This document shows, piece after piece, positions 17,902 to 27,321 of a stretch of 58,943 bases of DNA; positions within the stretch are counted from its first letter, which is position 1; the number at the start of each line of letters is the position of its first letter. The position numbers and the translations under genes were made by a program. Source of the DNA: an uncultured Chloroflexia bacterium. Lineage in GTDB: Bacteria > Chloroflexota > Dehalococcoidia > DSTF01 > JALHUB01. The notes beneath the pieces were generated by a model that ran no database searches, had not been told where the DNA came from, and saw only the letters and a list, made by a program, of their open reading frames with translations. The stretch lies in contig CAVSBT010000009.1 of the NCBI GenBank assembly GCA_963726245.1, positions 1 to 58,943 on the forward strand. The letters run 5' to 3'.

Positions 17902-19417
17902 CGAACCGGGCGACAAGGCTCCGGCGCTCTCCTCCTCCCTCTTCAACCGGGAGCCGCTGGACTTCGACCTGATCAGCCAGCTCACCCACATGTCGGCCGC
18001 GGCCACGGCCGGGATATCGCGCGACAAGCTATTCGAAGGAACGTCCCGCCTCGACTACTGCACCTCCCGCTTCTTTCGCCGCGTGCACCTGGTGGCGCAA
18101 CGCCTCAACTACGACTACTCCAGCGCCTGCGAGATGGTAGCCGAAACGACGGAGGCCGAGAGCGTGCAAAACCTGCTCCTTCGCCTCTCCACCTCTCTCT
18201 CGGCCGGTGAGCCGGAAGAAGAGTTCCTGGCCCGCGAGACTGAGGTGCAACTGGAACTTTATGGTAAGAAGTACGAGCGCGACATCGAATCGCTGCGCAA
18301 GTGGACGGACGCCTACGTAGCCCTCATGGTCTCCTGCACCCTCATCGTGGTCATCTCCATGGTCTCGATGATGATCTACTCCATGGGGTCGGGCATCATC
18401 GTCGGTTTGGCCTTCATCGTGCTGCTGGTGACCATAGCCGGAAGCTGGGTCATCTTCAGCGTAGCCCCCCACGAGGTGAAAACCCATCACCTGGCGAGGA
18501 AGTCGCCCGAGCAGTACCAGATGAAGCGGCTGGGTCAGATCCTGCTGCCGGTGGCGGCCGTCTTCGGCGCCGTGCTGGGCATCACCTTCGGGCTGGGTCC
18601 GGCCCTCATCGGGGCCGCGGTGGTCCTGGCGCCGCTGGGCTACGTGGCCTTCCGCGATGACCGGAAGATAGATTCCCGCGACCAGGACATCGCCACGTTC
18701 TTGCGCGCCCTGGGCGGCGTGATGGGCGCCGTGGGAACCACCGTCGGCGAGGGCCTCAACCGGCTCAACCGGCGCTCCCTGGGCTCCCTGGAGCCTCACG
18801 TGCGCCGTCTCTATGTGCGGTTGGGCAACAACATATCGCCACAGCTCTGCTGGCTGCGCTTCGCCGGTGAGACAGGATCAGAGCTGGTGAGCCGCTCCGT
18901 GCGCACCTTCTTCGACGGCCTGCGCCTGGGCGGGGATGCCAGCCGAGTGGGTACCCTCTCCTCCACCTTCGCCCAGAAGGTGGCGCTGCAGCGGTCCACA
19001 CGCAAGATGGTGTCCTCCACCTTCGCCTTCGTGGTGGTTCCGCTCCACGTCGTTCTCCTGTCCATCATGCTCTTCATCACGGAAGTGATGCGTATATTCG
19101 GCGGCGAGCTGGCCAAGGTCCAAGACCAAAGCCTCAACAGCGACATCATATCTGAGGCGGGAGTGAACAACATCATCCTCTACTCCGCCCCCAACATGCG
19201 CTTCATCAGCATCTTCGTCGGCATAATGATCGTCGTGCTGACGGCGGCCAACAGCTTCGCGCCCTACGCGGCTGGGGGCGGAAATCGTTACAAGCTCTGC
19301 CTGTTCGCAGCCGTAATGATGTTCATGTCGGGCGTCGCCATGATGGTCGTGCCGGCCATGGTGTCGATGGTCTTCCACAACATAGCGGCCACGCCCACGA
19401 TCACGTCAACACCGTAA
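17852..19417 (+). CDS. arlJ: Archaellum membrane platform protein ArlJ
   Basis: Two T2SSF-like domains with TM blocks, YERDIESLRKWTDAY, F.GETGSELV, GG.RYKL; follows arlI. Confidence 0.9.
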   Translation: MISIKSFLRRGAKASSSEPGDKAPALSSSLFNREPLDFDLISQLTHMSAAATAGISRDKLFEGTSRLDYCTSRFFRRVHLVAQRLNYDYSSACEMVAETTEAESVQNLLLRLSTSLSAGEPEEEFLARETEVQLELYGKKYERDIESLRKWTDAYVALMVSCTLIVVISMVSMMIYSMGSGIIVGLAFIVLLVTIAGSWVIFSVAPHEVKTHHLARKSPEQYQMKRLGQILLPVAAVFGAVLGITFGLGPALIGAAVVLAPLGYVAFRDDRKIDSRDQDIATFLRALGGVMGAVGTTVGEGLNRLNRRSLGSLEPHVRRLYVRLGNNISPQLCWLRFAGETGSELVSRSVRTFFDGLRLGGDASRVGTLSSTFAQKVALQRSTRKMVSSTFAFVVVPLHVVLLSIMLFITEVMRIFGGELAKVQDQSLNSDIISEAGVNNIILYSAPNMRFISIFVGIMIVVLTAANSFAPYAAGGGNRYKLCLFAAVMMFMSGVAMMVVPAMVSMVFHNIAATPTITSTP

Positions 19418-19431
19418 GAAGGGAGGCAACC

Positions 19432-19965
19432 ATGCGGTTCCTAAACCGGCTGCTAAAGACCCCCGAAGAGGAACAGGACGAAACCCAGGACGAGTTCGAC
19501 GCCGAAGAGAAGGGCCTGCTCATGATACCCTCTCTTCCCGGCGGCAAAGACGAAGCACCGCCTTCGGCGATGCTGGAGACGGCGGTTGGCGAGCCAGAAA
19601 CGCTCGCGGCGGAAGGAACGGCGCAAGGCCCGCCCGCGGAGGGCGAAGCTGCAACCGGTCCAGACCAGGTCGCGCAGCCCTCCGCCGGCGAAGGGGAGCC
19701 CACGACTGCGACCCAAGAGTCGCCACCCACTGAGGATTCGACGCCGGAGACCGCGGGCGAAGGAACCGAGGAGGAGGGCTCTCCCGATGACCCGATGCAC
19801 ATGTTCAGGGCCAGCGCCAAGCGCACCTATATGGCGGCGGCACTGACGGATGGCCTGGAAGACGTCTCTATCGCGGAGCTCCTGGCCGAGGCCCGCTCCC
19901 TTCGCGCCATCCTCGGCGGAGAGGCCGCAAGTGACGCCGGTGAGGGGAAGCGGAAGGTTGCCTAA
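19432..19965 (+). CDS. Acidic low-complexity hypothetical protein, probably co-transcribed with arl genes
   Basis: RBS GGGAGG, 14 nt after arlJ; amphipathic N-terminus MRFLNRLLK, E/P/A-rich middle, helical C-terminus. Confidence 0.7.
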   Translation: MRFLNRLLKTPEEEQDETQDEFDAEEKGLLMIPSLPGGKDEAPPSAMLETAVGEPETLAAEGTAQGPPAEGEAATGPDQVAQPSAGEGEPTTATQESPPTEDSTPETAGEGTEEEGSPDDPMHMFRASAKRTYMAAALTDGLEDVSIAELLAEARSLRAILGGEAASDAGEGKRKVA

Positions 19966-19971
19966 CCGGTC

Positions 19972-21201
19972 ATGCTCACCACCATCTGGGCGGTAACGGT
20001 TCGTGCGATCGCCGTGCTGACGGCGGTCCTGGCTGTCGGCGCCATCGTCATCTCGCTCAAGGTGGTCGGCGCGCAGGCGGGACCGCCTGATGGCGCGGCA
20101 GACACGCCCATCGCATCAAGCGATCCCGCCGCAGACGCTGAGGCGCAACCTCTCCAGCCCGTGCTGGCGACCAGGCAGACTGAGCAAGGATCCGAGGACC
20201 ATCAAGCCGCGTCCTCCGCGTTATCCGCCCGCTACGCGGCGCCCAGCGAGGCGCTGCCCGCCACCCGCGCTCGCGCCGTCTCAGGACAGACGAATGTGTC
20301 CGAACGCCCCCGAGTCACGCTGCCCGCCAACCGGCGGCTGGCCGCCGTCCTCGACGTGGGCTCGTCAGCTCCGGCCGGCGTCGTAGAGATGGCCCAACTC
20401 GTCAAGCAAGGCCTGGAGTCAAAGGGCTACGACGTGAGCCTGCTGGAAGGCGATGCCGCCGGCGCCACGGGCCCTCTCCGACCCGACGCCTACGTCTCCG
20501 TTCGAGCCGCGACCGCCACAGAGGCCGCCGCCGGCGTGGAGGCCTGGTTCTGCCAGGTGGAAGGCGCCCTTGGCGGCCAACTGGCCGATCAGTTGCTGAG
20601 GAGCCTCGCGGCGGCCGGCGTGCCCAACGTGGGCCAGGGCGACTCCGCCATCACGAATCCCGAGGCCTTCAGTTGCAGCGACCTCCTCGCCGGTCGTGCG
20701 CAGATGCCAGCGGTCCTTCTCGAAATCCCGGCTCTGGCCGGCGGAGAAAGCGATGGGCACGCGCTCACGCAAGGCCTTGCCAATGGCATCCAGCAATTCT
20801 TCCAGAAGTACAGAACCTCACTCCTGCGGAACGACCAGCGCCAGCGCCTGGTCTGGCCTGCCGTTGGCCCCATCACGAGCTACTTCGGCCCCAGTCACCC
20901 GCTGGGAATAGACATCGGGCAGTCGGAGGGTGCGATCGTGGCGGCCACCGATGGCGTCGTCGTCTTCGCCGGCGGCGACCCCTGTTGTTCCTACGGCCTG
21001 TACACCGTCGTCCAGAGCCCGGAGGGGATCGCCACGCTCTACGCGCACCTGGAGTCGATCAGCGTGACCCAGGGGCAGAGCGTGCGGCAGGGACAGCCGC
21101 TGGGCATCGTGGGCTGCACCGGCCACTGCTTCGGCACGCACCTCCACTTCGAGGTGATCCAGGACGGCGTTCGCCGGGACCCTCTCTCCTATCTGCCGTA
21201 G
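19972..21201 (+). CDS. Membrane-anchored degenerate Amidase_3 plus M23 metallopeptidase
   Basis: N-terminal TM; amidase-like VLDVG / DAYVSVRA / MPAVLLE; M23 HPLGIDI, TLYAHL, GCTG...HLHFEV. Confidence 0.85.
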   Translation: MLTTIWAVTVRAIAVLTAVLAVGAIVISLKVVGAQAGPPDGAADTPIASSDPAADAEAQPLQPVLATRQTEQGSEDHQAASSALSARYAAPSEALPATRARAVSGQTNVSERPRVTLPANRRLAAVLDVGSSAPAGVVEMAQLVKQGLESKGYDVSLLEGDAAGATGPLRPDAYVSVRAATATEAAAGVEAWFCQVEGALGGQLADQLLRSLAAAGVPNVGQGDSAITNPEAFSCSDLLAGRAQMPAVLLEIPALAGGESDGHALTQGLANGIQQFFQKYRTSLLRNDQRQRLVWPAVGPITSYFGPSHPLGIDIGQSEGAIVAATDGVVVFAGGDPCCSYGLYTVVQSPEGIATLYAHLESISVTQGQSVRQGQPLGIVGCTGHCFGTHLHFEVIQDGVRRDPLSYLP

Positions 21202-21353
21202 CGCTCGACCAGCTTTCTCACCCCCGAATCGACCGGCAGGCGCTCTGGTCCATATGCCCAGAAACATGGGCCAATCGGCAGTATGCAAAACCGACGGCGC
21301 CTATGTAGATTCGAACCAGGCGACTCACACGCAGTCTACAAAGGGGTGTTTCT

Positions 21354-22577
21354 ATGAAGGTGCGCGTCCCTCAGCTCTACTGGTACAACCCGTCCGAGCT
21401 CGAGCTGGACTTCCCCGATTCGTGGGAGGTCCACTACTGCCCGCCGAAAGGACACGACCGTCCTCGCCTCAGCCCGCAGGAGATGCAGAAGGCCTTCGAT
21501 AATCCCATCGGGACGCCGCCGCTACGCGAGCTGGCCCGAGGGCGAAAAGAAGTCGCCATCCTCTTCGACGACACGACTCGCCCTACCCGCACCTATGAGA
21601 TCGCCGCCTACGTCCTGGCCGAGCTGGCCGCGGCCGGCATAGCCGACGACCAGATACGCTTCGTTGCCGCCGTGGGCACTCACGGCTCTCATGACGGCGT
21701 CGCGCACCGCCTGAAGCTGGGCCAGGAGATCATGGCGCGCTTCCCCGTCTACAACCACAACCCTTACGAGAACTGCGTCGACGTGGGCGTCACCAGCCAC
21801 GGCACGCCGCTGGCGGTGAACCGCGAGGTCATGCGCTGCGACCTGAAGATCGCCATTGGCTGCGTCCTGCCCCATCCGCAGGCCGGCTTCGGCGGCGGCG
21901 GCAAGATCATCCTCCCCGGCGTCGCCCACATCGACAGCGTCGCGCACTTCCACGCCAAGGTGCCCTTCACCGCCCCCGAGACCGTCGGGCCAGGCAACTA
22001 CGAGCAGAACGTCATGCGGCTGGACTTCGAGGAAGCCTGCAAGCTGGCGGGCCTCGACTTCAACGCCGACTGCCTGGTGAACCTGAAGGGCGAGATGATC
22101 GCCCTCTTCACCGGCGACCCGGTCCAGGAGCACCGGGAGGCGTGCAAGCTGGCGAAGGAGGTCTACGCCACCGAGCGCATCCCAGGGCTGAACGTGGTCG
22201 TCGCAAACACCTTCCTCAAGAGCAATGAGTCCTTCGTCGCCGTGCCCACCTCGCTGAGGTCCTTGGGGGCGGACGGCGGCACCATGTTGATCATCATGAA
22301 CTCGCCGACCGGCCAGGTGGTCCACTACTCGATGCGCAGCTTCGGCAGCGACTACGGCGGCCGCCTATTCTCGGCCCGCACGCTGCCGCCGCAGTTCAAC
22401 GTCATCGTCCTCAATCCCTTGAAGGACCTGACCTGCGTCGACATGTTCAGCAACGCCAAAGCGGTCACCTGGGCCAAGGACTGGGGCGAGGCCAGGAAGG
22501 CCCTGGAGTGCCACCACCCCAACGGCGCCAAGGTGGCCGTCTACCCCGACGCCACCATCCAGTACGTCGCCTTCTGA
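21354..22577 (+). CDS. LarA-family nickel-pincer hydroxy-acid racemase/epimerase
   Basis: NPIGTPPL, DDTTRPT, AVGTH, YNH, G.TSHGTP, PHPQAGFGGGGKIILPGVA. Confidence 0.85.
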   Translation: MKVRVPQLYWYNPSELELDFPDSWEVHYCPPKGHDRPRLSPQEMQKAFDNPIGTPPLRELARGRKEVAILFDDTTRPTRTYEIAAYVLAELAAAGIADDQIRFVAAVGTHGSHDGVAHRLKLGQEIMARFPVYNHNPYENCVDVGVTSHGTPLAVNREVMRCDLKIAIGCVLPHPQAGFGGGGKIILPGVAHIDSVAHFHAKVPFTAPETVGPGNYEQNVMRLDFEEACKLAGLDFNADCLVNLKGEMIALFTGDPVQEHREACKLAKEVYATERIPGLNVVVANTFLKSNESFVAVPTSLRSLGADGGTMLIIMNSPTGQVVHYSMRSFGSDYGGRLFSARTLPPQFNVIVLNPLKDLTCVDMFSNAKAVTWAKDWGEARKALECHHPNGAKVAVYPDATIQYVAF

Positions 22578-22643
22578 GCGGGCGACGCCCCCCGGACAGC
22601 GTTTCAGGCAAACCCTGCGGCCAGGGGGAGAAGGGGGCAGGAG

Positions 22644-23769
22644 ATGAGCCCTGGAATAGAGATCAAGGGAAATCAGGCCTTGCAGGACGAGGTCCGGGCG
22701 CGCGGGCTCTGCACCCTCTGCGGTGCGTGCTCCGGGATGTGCCCCTACCACGTCCCTCACAGGGCGGATGGTGACGCTCGACGACTGCAACCTGGCCCAG
22801 GGGCGCTGCTACGCCTTCTGCCCCCGCACTCTGACAGACCTGGACCTCCTCAGCCAGACCGTGTTCGGCGTGCCCTACCCAGCCAGCGAGCTGGGGACGG
22901 TCAAGGAGGTGCTGATGGCCCGCGCCGCCGGCGGCGACCTCCGCGTCTCGCGCCCAGTACGGCGGCACGGTCAGCGCCCTCGTCAGCTTCGCCCTGCGAA
23001 CGGGGCTGATCGATACCGCTGTCCTCACCGCCAGCGACGGCGGCATGCTGCCCCCGGGAGGGCCGTGCGCGACGAGGCGGGCGTCCTGGCCTGCGCCGGC
23101 TCCAACTTCGTGGCCTCGCCCACCCTGGCGACGTTCAACCGAGAGGCCGCCGGCGACGCCCAGCGGATCGGCGTGGTGGCGACGCCCTGCCAGACGCTGG
23201 CACTGGCCAAGATGAGGGCCTCGCCCCTGGAGAACCGCAACAACATCGACAAGCTGAAGCTGGTCGTCGGCCTCTTCTGCACCTGGGCTCTGAGGTACCG
23301 CGACTTCGCCGCTTTCCTCGGCGAGAGAGCGCCGCTGGACCAGGTCATCAAGGTTCGACATCCCGCCGCCGCCGGCCAACGTCTTCCAGGTCTATGCCGA
23401 CTCCACCCGCGTCGCCATTCCCCTCGACGAGGTGCGCGCCTTCATCCGCGCCGACCTGCAATGTCTGCATCGACATGACGGCGGAGTTCGCCGACGTGTC
23501 CGTCGGCGCCGCCGAGGGCATCGAGGGCTGGAACACGCTCATCGTCGCAGCGACGCGCGGGGCGAAGCTGGTGGAGGCGGCCCGCGCCGACGGCGTCCTG
23601 GAGACGGCGCCTCTGCCGGACGCGAACCTGGCGCACCTGAAGGAGGCCTCCCTCCTCAAGAAGAGGCGGGGGCTGAGCGAACATCGTCGAGACAGCGGGC
23701 AGCAAGGAGGACCTGCTCTACCTGAAGCTGAGCAGCGAGGCCGTGAAGGGAGGCTTCTGCCGGAGCTAA
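22644..23769 (+). CDS. FrhB/FdhB/FpoF-family F420-binding subunit with N-terminal ferredoxin (several indels)
   Basis: CTLCGACSGMCP, CNLAQGRCYAFCPR, QYGGTVSAL, VATPCQ, VGLFCTWAL, CNVCIDMTAEFADVSVGAAEG, WNTLIV across frames. Confidence 0.8.
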
Positions 23770-23817
23770 GGCACTCACGGGCGCTCCGGGCCTGACCGGA
23801 AAGGGAGTTGCTGAAGC

Positions 23818-25735
23818 ATGGCGAGCATCGCAGCGTACGAGCCGGGCACCGACCAGCTCCTCATGGGCAACGAGGCCATCGCCCGCGGGGCGCTGGAGGC
23901 GGGCGTCGGCTTCGCCAGCGCCTACCCCGGCACGCCCTCCTCGGAGATCATCGGCAGCCTGGCCGAGGCCGCCAAGGAGGCGGGCATCTACGTCGAGTGG
24001 TCGGTGAACGAGAAGGTGGCCCTGGAGGCCGCCGCGGCGGCTTCCTTCGCCGGGGTGCGGGCCATCGTGGCCATGAAGCAGAACGGCCTCAACGTGGCCT
24101 CCGACTTCCTGATGACCCTCAACCTCACGGGGACCAACGCCGGCCTGGTGCTGGTCGTCTCCGACGACCCCTCGGCCCACTCCAGCACCAACGAGCAGGA
24201 CTCCCGCCCCATCGCCAAGTGGGCCGACCTGCCCCTCCTCGAGCCCGCCACCTTCCAGGAAGCCAAGGACATGACCCGCTGGGCCTTCGAGCTATCCGAA
24301 GAGCTGAAGACGGTCTGCCTGGTGAGGGGCGTCACCCGCGTCTCCCACGCCCGCGGCGACGTCCGCCTGGGGGAGCTCACGCCGCCGAGCCGGCCGGGCC
24401 GCTTCGCGCCGACGTCCCCTGTCCAGTTCGCCTCGCTTCCGGCGCCCCTCAAGCACAGCCTGCTGCACCAGAAGCTGGCGAAGGCCCAGGAGCTCTTCGA
24501 GACCTCACCCTTCAACTGGTACAGGGGCCCGGAGAAGCCGGAACTGCTGATGGTCACCTGCGGCAGCGGCTGGTTCTACTCGCTGGAGGCGGTGAAGGCC
24601 CTGGGGCTGGAGGATTCGGTGGGCATCCTGAAGCTGGGCACCACCTGGCCCCTGCCCGAGAAGCTGGTCCTGGAGCACCTGGCACAGGCCGAGAAGGTGC
24701 TGGTCGTGGAGGAGATCGACCCCTTCCTGGAGGGCAACCTCAAGGAGCTCGTCGGCGGCAACCTCTCTGCCGTCGGCCCGCTCACGTTCTACGGCAAGCG
24801 CAGCGGCCACCTTCCGGCCGTCGGCGAACTGAACCCGGACCTGGTGCTGGGGGCGCTGGCCACCGTGCTGGGCGTCGAGAAGCCGGCGCAGCCGAGGGAG
24901 TACGTCGAGAAGGCCGAGGCGCTGACCGGGCTGGTCACCCACGCCAGGGTGGTCGGCTTCTGCGCCGGCTGTCCCCACCGGGCCACCTTCTGGTCGGTGA
25001 AGAACGCCCTCAAGCTGGACGGGCGAGGCGGCTTCGTGACCGGCGACATCGGCTGCTACACGCATGGCCCTCGGGCCGACGGGCTACTTCCAGCTCAAGA
25101 CGATGCACGCCATGGGTTCGGGCACCGGCCTCGCCTCCGGCTTCGGCAAGCTGGGCGCCATGGGCTTCAAGCAGCCCGTGGTGGCCGTCTGCGGCGACTC
25201 GACCTTCTTCCACGCCGCCATTCCCGCCCTCATCAACGGCGTCTATAACCACTCCAACTTCACGATGCTCATCCTCGACAACAGCGCCACGGCCATGACC
25301 GGCTTCCAGCCGCATCCAGGCACGGGCGCCAACGCCCTGGGCGAGGCGACGACCCCTGTGGACATCGAGGCCCTCTGTCGCGCGCTGGGCGTGCGCGTGG
25401 AGGTCACGGACCCCTTCGACCTTCCGGGCACGACCGAGAAGCTGCTCGACCTGATGGCGGACGAAGGCGGCGTGCGCGTGCTGATATCGAGGAGGAAGTG
25501 CGCCCTGGTCCGGGCCCGGCAGGAGAAGGCGGCCTACCGCATGCGCGTGGACAGCGAGAGATGCCTGGGCGAGAGCTGCGGCTGCAACCGCCTCTGTACG
25601 CGAGTCTTCCAGTGCCCCGGGCTGGTCTGGGACAGCGATGGCGGCGTGGCCAGGATCGATGAGATGGTCTGTAGCGGCTGCGGCGTCTGCGCCGACATCT
25701 GTCCCGCCTCGGCCATCATCCGGGAGGCAGTCTGA
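23818..25735 (+). CDS. iorA: Indolepyruvate:ferredoxin oxidoreductase alpha subunit (indel near 25060)
   Basis: LMGNEAIARGA, YPGTPSSEI, NEKVALE, SSTNEQDSR, FCAGCPHR, GDIGCY, GDSTFFH, TAMTGFQP, CSGCGVCADICP. Confidence 0.92.
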
Positions 25736-25736
25736 C

Positions 25737-26360
25737 ATGGAAGATAGAGACCCGCTGAACGTCATCGTCACCGGCGTGGGCGGCCAGGGCAACGTGCTCA
25801 TCGCCCAGCTCATAGGCCGGACCCTGGTGAAGGCAGGCTACCACGTCACCGTCGGCGAGACCTACGGCGCCTCCCAGAGGGGCGGCGCCGTTATGAGCCA
25901 TCTGCGCATCTCGCGCGATGGCCAGTACGGCCCCCTCATCCCCGAGGGCCGCGCGCACGTCATCCTCGGCCTGGAGCCGCTGGAGACCCTGCGGGTGCTG
26001 GCTCGGTACGGCAACCCGGAGGTCACCGTCATCGCCAACTCGCGGCCCGTTCACCCGCTGGCCGTGGCCACAGGCGCCGCCGAGTACCCCCGTAGGGAGC
26101 AGGTGATAAGGACGCTGGAGCAGCTATCGAGCCACGCCTGGCTCCTCGATGCCACCGACATCGCGCTCGACCTGGGCGCCGGCATCCTCACCAACATCGT
26201 CATGCTGGGCGCGCTCGTCGGCACCGACGTGCTGCCGGTCGGGCTCGAAGCCTTTGAACCCGAACTCCGCGAGAGCCTGCCGGCCGACAAGCTGGACCTC
26301 AACCTCGAGGCCTTCCGCAGGGGCATCCTGGAAGTGACAGCGGCCGGCCCCTCCGCATAG
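25737..26360 (+). CDS. iorB: Indolepyruvate:ferredoxin oxidoreductase beta subunit
   Basis: GVGGQGNV, ETYGASQRGGAVMSH, NIVMLGAL, LNLEAF. Confidence 0.92.
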   Translation: MEDRDPLNVIVTGVGGQGNVLIAQLIGRTLVKAGYHVTVGETYGASQRGGAVMSHLRISRDGQYGPLIPEGRAHVILGLEPLETLRVLARYGNPEVTVIANSRPVHPLAVATGAAEYPRREQVIRTLEQLSSHAWLLDATDIALDLGAGILTNIVMLGALVGTDVLPVGLEAFEPELRESLPADKLDLNLEAFRRGILEVTAAGPSA

Positions 26361-26433
26361 AACGCAATCCGCCCCGCCGGGCCCGCGTCTGTCACGCGCT
26401 CTACTCGCCCCTTGCCCACGCCGATAATCATCC

Positions 26434-26541
26434 CGGCGTCACAGTTGGCCGGGGTCTGCCATGCCGCCGGCGATCACGACGCAAGACATCGACGCCACTG
26501 ACGTTATCTGGGACTTCTTCGTAGCGCACCCGAAGCCGTAG
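26434..26541 (+). pseudogene. C-terminal remnant of a PHB-depolymerase/LpqC-like esterase
   Basis: From 26440 reads HSWPGSAMPPAITTQDIDATDVIWDFFVAHPKP*; in-frame TAA at 26425 and no N-terminal part. Confidence 0.6.
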
Positions 26542-26557
26542 GATCAGCCCAGAGGCC

Positions 26558-27211
26558 ATGAACCCTGAGAGTTCCTTCTCGGCCATCATCCTGGCCGGCG
26601 GGCGCAGCGTGCGATTCGGGCGCGACAAGGCGGCGGAGATCGTCGCCGGCCGCTCCCTCCTCCAGCACGTCGTCGACGCCGTAGGCCCAATGGCGCACGA
26701 GATCGTCGTCGTCAGAGCGCCGGGGATGTCTCCTCCTGCCGTGAACTCGCAGACGCCGCTCCGCCAGGTGGAAGACGCGCGTCCAGGCGGCGCCCTGGCC
26801 GGCCTCTACAGCGGCCTGCTGGCGTCCACCCAGCCCGTCGCGCTGGCGCTGGGCTGCGACATGCCTCTCCTCAGCCAGCCGCTGCTTCGATACCTACAGA
26901 GCCTCCTGCATCCCGACGTTGACGTCGTCATGCCGCTCTGGGAAGGCAAAGAGGAGCCCCTGCACGCCTATTACCGGCGCACCTGCCTCCCGGCCATCGA
27001 AAGGACCCTGGACGGCGGCAAGAGGCGGTTCGTGGAGTTCCTGCCGGACGTACACGTTCGGTACGTGAGTCACGACGAACTCCAGCGCCTCGACCCTGAG
27101 GGCCGCAGCTTCTGGAACGTCAACTACCCGTCAGACCTGGCCCGCATCCTGCCCGTGCTTCAAGTCGAGAACCCACAAGCCGGGGGTGAAGAGCGGCCCG
27201 GGGCCGGATAG
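26558..27211 (+). CDS. mobA: Molybdenum cofactor guanylyltransferase
   Basis: ILAGGRSVRFGRDKA, LAGL, GCDMP, EPLHAYY, SFWNVNYPSDL. Confidence 0.9.
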   Translation: MNPESSFSAIILAGGRSVRFGRDKAAEIVAGRSLLQHVVDAVGPMAHEIVVVRAPGMSPPAVNSQTPLRQVEDARPGGALAGLYSGLLASTQPVALALGCDMPLLSQPLLRYLQSLLHPDVDVVMPLWEGKEEPLHAYYRRTCLPAIERTLDGGKRRFVEFLPDVHVRYVSHDELQRLDPEGRSFWNVNYPSDLARILPVLQVENPQAGGEERPGAG

Positions 27212-27321
27212 GCTTAGCGCGACGACATTTAGTTAACCATTTATGCGGTTGGAGCGTTTTACATGGTGTCCGCCCGTTCTGCGGGCGGTGGCGGGGCTTG
27301 TGATCTCTCACGGGACCGGGG

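Noticed and set aside
11570-19417. Tad/type IV pilus or T2SS interpretation of the ATPase plus pilin-like genes
   Set aside because: ArlH, ArlF/G-type genes and the GLETAIILIAFVVVA archaellin N-terminus point to the archaellum; no secretin or TadB/C pair
21300-21345. tRNA T-loop-like GGTTCGAATC on the minus strand
   Set aside because: T-stem does not pair and no cloverleaf can be built
22644-25735. Programmed ribosomal frameshifting or true pseudogenes in frhB-like and iorA
   Set aside because: Multiple scattered indels without slippery sites, same pattern across unrelated genes; assembly error is more parsimonious
26401-26427. Perfect GCCGATAA sigma28 -10 upstream of mobA
   Set aside because: Poor -35 (CTAC) and unrelated context; shows such hits can arise by chance
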